This document shows, one piece after another, positions 36,476-38,482 of a stretch of 38,482 bases of DNA (position 1 is the stretch's first letter; each line of letters starts with the position of its first letter). Position numbers and translations under genes: made by a program. Under the pieces are notes generated by a model. The model did no database searches. It was not told the DNA's origin and saw nothing but the letters and a program-made list of their open reading frames with translations. This DNA comes from Oscillospiraceae bacterium. Its GTDB lineage: Bacteria; Bacillota; Clostridia; Oscillospirales; CAG-272. The stretch is from the NCBI GenBank assembly GCA_015064795.1, contig SVRO01000003.1:1-38482 (forward strand), written 5' to 3'.

Positions 36476-37435
36476 ATGGCACTTGTAACAACCAAGGAAA
36501 TGTTCAAGAAGGCATACGAGGGTAAGTATGCAGTTGGTGCGTTCAACATCAACAACATGGAGATCATTCAGGCAATCACCGAGGCTGCCGCTGAGCAGAA
36601 GTCTCCCGTGATCCTTCAGGTTTCCGCCGGCGCGCGCAAGTATGCAAAGCACGCGTATCTTATGGCTCTGGCTAAGGCTGCGGCTGAGGACAGCGGTGTG
36701 GATTTCGCGCTTCACCTTGACCACGGCGCAGATTTCGAGATCTGCAAATCCTGCATCGACGGTGGCTTCACCTCGGTCATGATCGACGGCTCGCACCATA
36801 GCTACGAGGACAACATTGCTCTCACGCGCAAGGTCGTTGAGTACGCACATGAGCGTGGCGTAGTCGTTGAGGGTGAGCTTGGCGTTCTTGCCGGTGTTGA
36901 GGACGACGTCGTTGCCGAGAAGTCCTCCTACACCCGTCCCGAGGAGGTTGAGGATTTCGTAAGCCGCACGGGCGTTGACTCGCTTGCGATCTCGATCGGT
37001 ACCTCTCACGGCGCATACAAGTTCACGGCAAAGCAGTGCACGAGAAACGAGGAGGGCATTCTCGTTCCCCCGCCCCTTCGCTTCGATATCCTTGAGGAGA
37101 TCGAAAAGAGAATCCCCGGATTCCCGATCGTTCTTCACGGTGCTTCCTCGGTTCCGCAGGATTACGTTAAGGAGATCAATGCCCTTGGCGGTAAGCTTCC
37201 CGACGCCGTTGGTATTCCCGAGGAGCAGCTTCGTCATGCGGCTACCTCTGCTGTATGTAAGATCAACATTGACTCCGATATCCGTCTCGCTATGACCGCA
37301 GGCATCCGCCGCGTTCTGAACGACGAGCCCTCGGTATTCGACCCCCGTGGATATCTCACCGTTGCACGCGCCGAAGTTAAGAAGATGGTCACGCACAAGA
37401 TCGTCAACGTTCTCGGTTCGAACGGTAAGGCATAA
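36476..37435 (+). CDS. fba: Class II fructose-1,6-bisphosphate aldolase
   Basis: YAVGAFNINNME, LHLDHG, SVMIDGS, VEGELG, IGTSHGAYK, IVLHGAS, KINIDSD; strong codon bias. Confidence 0.97.
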   Translation: MALVTTKEMFKKAYEGKYAVGAFNINNMEIIQAITEAAAEQKSPVILQVSAGARKYAKHAYLMALAKAAAEDSGVDFALHLDHGADFEICKSCIDGGFTSVMIDGSHHSYEDNIALTRKVVEYAHERGVVVEGELGVLAGVEDDVVAEKSSYTRPEEVEDFVSRTGVDSLAISIGTSHGAYKFTAKQCTRNEEGILVPPPLRFDILEEIEKRIPGFPIVLHGASSVPQDYVKEINALGGKLPDAVGIPEEQLRHAATSAVCKINIDSDIRLAMTAGIRRVLNDEPSVFDPRGYLTVARAEVKKMVTHKIVNVLGSNGKA

Positions 37436-37451
37436 GATTATAAAAAAAGTC

Positions 37452-37482
37452 AGGGGCTACTGCATTGCAGTAGCCCCTTTTC
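37452..37482 (+). terminator. Intrinsic terminator after fba (possibly bidirectional)
   Basis: AGGGGCTACTGC-ATT-GCAGTAGCCCCT-TTT; A7 tract upstream at 37442-37448. Confidence 0.88.
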
Positions 37483-37507
37483 TCTCCGTTGCGGAAAGAT
37501 TTCGTTC

Positions 37508-38482
37508 TTATTTCTCAACCGAGAACAAGGGATAGCCGTCGTCCGTAAGATCCCCCTCATAAACAAGAGTAACACCTCTGCCGTAGCTTACCTCGCCGTT
37601 TTGCTTGGTAACGAAGGCACGGATCTCGAGTTTATAGTTGGAATCCAAAGCAAGCTCCGTTATCGTAACCAATGCGCCGTACTTATAGCCAAAATGTTCC
37701 TTAATGGTGTATTCAGTAGTGCCTCCGTAGATCGAGGAGTAGGCTTTCGTGCTTGTATCCGAAACCTTCTCTGTTCCACTCTCGGTGGTGATAGTCACCT
37801 CATATCCGAAATTCTTGTAGTTCAAGGAATCCAGACCCGCGATCGCACGAAGCGAGAACTTGCCCTCCTCACCCCTCGTTACCTGATAGGCAATGAAAGA
37901 AGCGTCAACATTGGGAAGCACGGGAACAACGGGCGTACCGTCAAAGCTCTCGTCGGCGACAGGCTTATCGTTGGTCACAACCCCAATTGCGCGCTCATTC
38001 TCGACACCGAGAACCAAGCGATCCTTTTCCGCGTTAACGGTCGGTACAGACTCCACCGACTTCAGATCATCTATCCAAAGAGTTACTTTCACACCGTCTC
38101 CCAGTTTCGTAAGACGGAAACCAAGCATACCCATCTCGTATTTCACGTGATCCTCGGTAACGGTAACGTTATAAGTGAGCGTCGTCCATTCGTTCGCCGC
38201 CAGATCCACGGTGAGATTGCCGCCCTTCCAGAAATAATTGTTAGCGTCAGGCACCTCTTTTCCGGGGGCCACCGTCTCGGCGACGGCAGATTTATGTGCA
38301 TTTATCATACCGTACTGCACGGTCGCGGCGGTGTCTGCCTTCACCTTCACCGTGATCGTAAAGCTTTTTCCGATATCGTCCACGGTAAGATAATCGTACT
38401 TCAATACGTTATAGAAGTTGATCAGGGAGTTGTTGTAGCCACCGGCCGCAACCACTTTCGAGCCGTCCACACTGGCAATAAC
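37508..38482 (-). CDS. C-terminal part of a probably extracellular beta-rich protein (CBM-like module plus uncharacterised terminal domain); 5' end outside the window
   Basis: Frame open to the window edge; GKSFTITVKVKA...AANEWTTLTYNVTV...LWIDDLKS resembles CBM4/galactose-binding jelly-rolls; Thr/Val/Tyr-rich and Cys-free. Confidence 0.65.
   Translation of the reverse strand, partial: VIASVDGSKVVAAGGYNNSLINFYNVLKYDYLTVDDIGKSFTITVKVKADTAATVQYGMINAHKSAVAETVAPGKEVPDANNYFWKGGNLTVDLAANEWTTLTYNVTVTEDHVKYEMGMLGFRLTKLGDGVKVTLWIDDLKSVESVPTVNAEKDRLVLGVENERAIGVVTNDKPVADESFDGTPVVPVLPNVDASFIAYQVTRGEEGKFSLRAIAGLDSLNYKNFGYEVTITTESGTEKVSDTSTKAYSSIYGGTTEYTIKEHFGYKYGALVTITELALDSNYKLEIRAFVTKQNGEVSYGRGVTLVYEGDLTDDGYPLFSVEK

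Noticed and set aside
36284-37396. 370-aa ORF antisense to fba
   Set aside because: Shadow of a highly biased glycolytic gene; no protein-family features.
1-38482. CRISPR array, tRNA/rRNA genes, transposases, prophage or defence systems
   Set aside because: No regularly spaced repeats or cloverleafs seen, and nearly all sequence is explained by the listed genes and short intergenic regions.

Overview
Chromosomal, mostly housekeeping DNA from a Firmicute, most likely a Clostridia-class anaerobe (sigmaA-type TTGACA/TATAAT promoters, AGGAGG ribosome-binding sites, TIGR03960/TIGR03936 pair, M18 aminopeptidase, LysW-type transporter). In order: truncated XRE regulator; ychF-trmB-nitroreductase-truB; OmpR-family response regulator/histidine kinase/htrA; fucI with divergent AraC-SGNH pair; ispE; AI-2E transporter-htpG-TSCPD protein; a complete lysine riboswitch (promoter, aptamer, terminator/antiterminator) before an NhaC-family transporter; a tightly coupled minus-strand run rlmB - 909-aa degenerate P1B-ATPase-like membrane protein - B12-binding radical SAM - TIGR03936 - metY - metA - serine hydrolase; Gfo/Idh/MocA-coaE-apeA-prfA-sua5-parC-like - small membrane protein; a probable gene remnant; fba; and the 3' part of an extracellular CBM-like protein. 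I found no tRNA/rRNA gene, CRISPR array, transposase, phage or defence gene. The best candidate for undescribed biology is the apparently catalytically dead P-type ATPase scaffold coupled to the uncharacterised radical SAM pair. All family calls come from motif recognition by eye; no database search was run.
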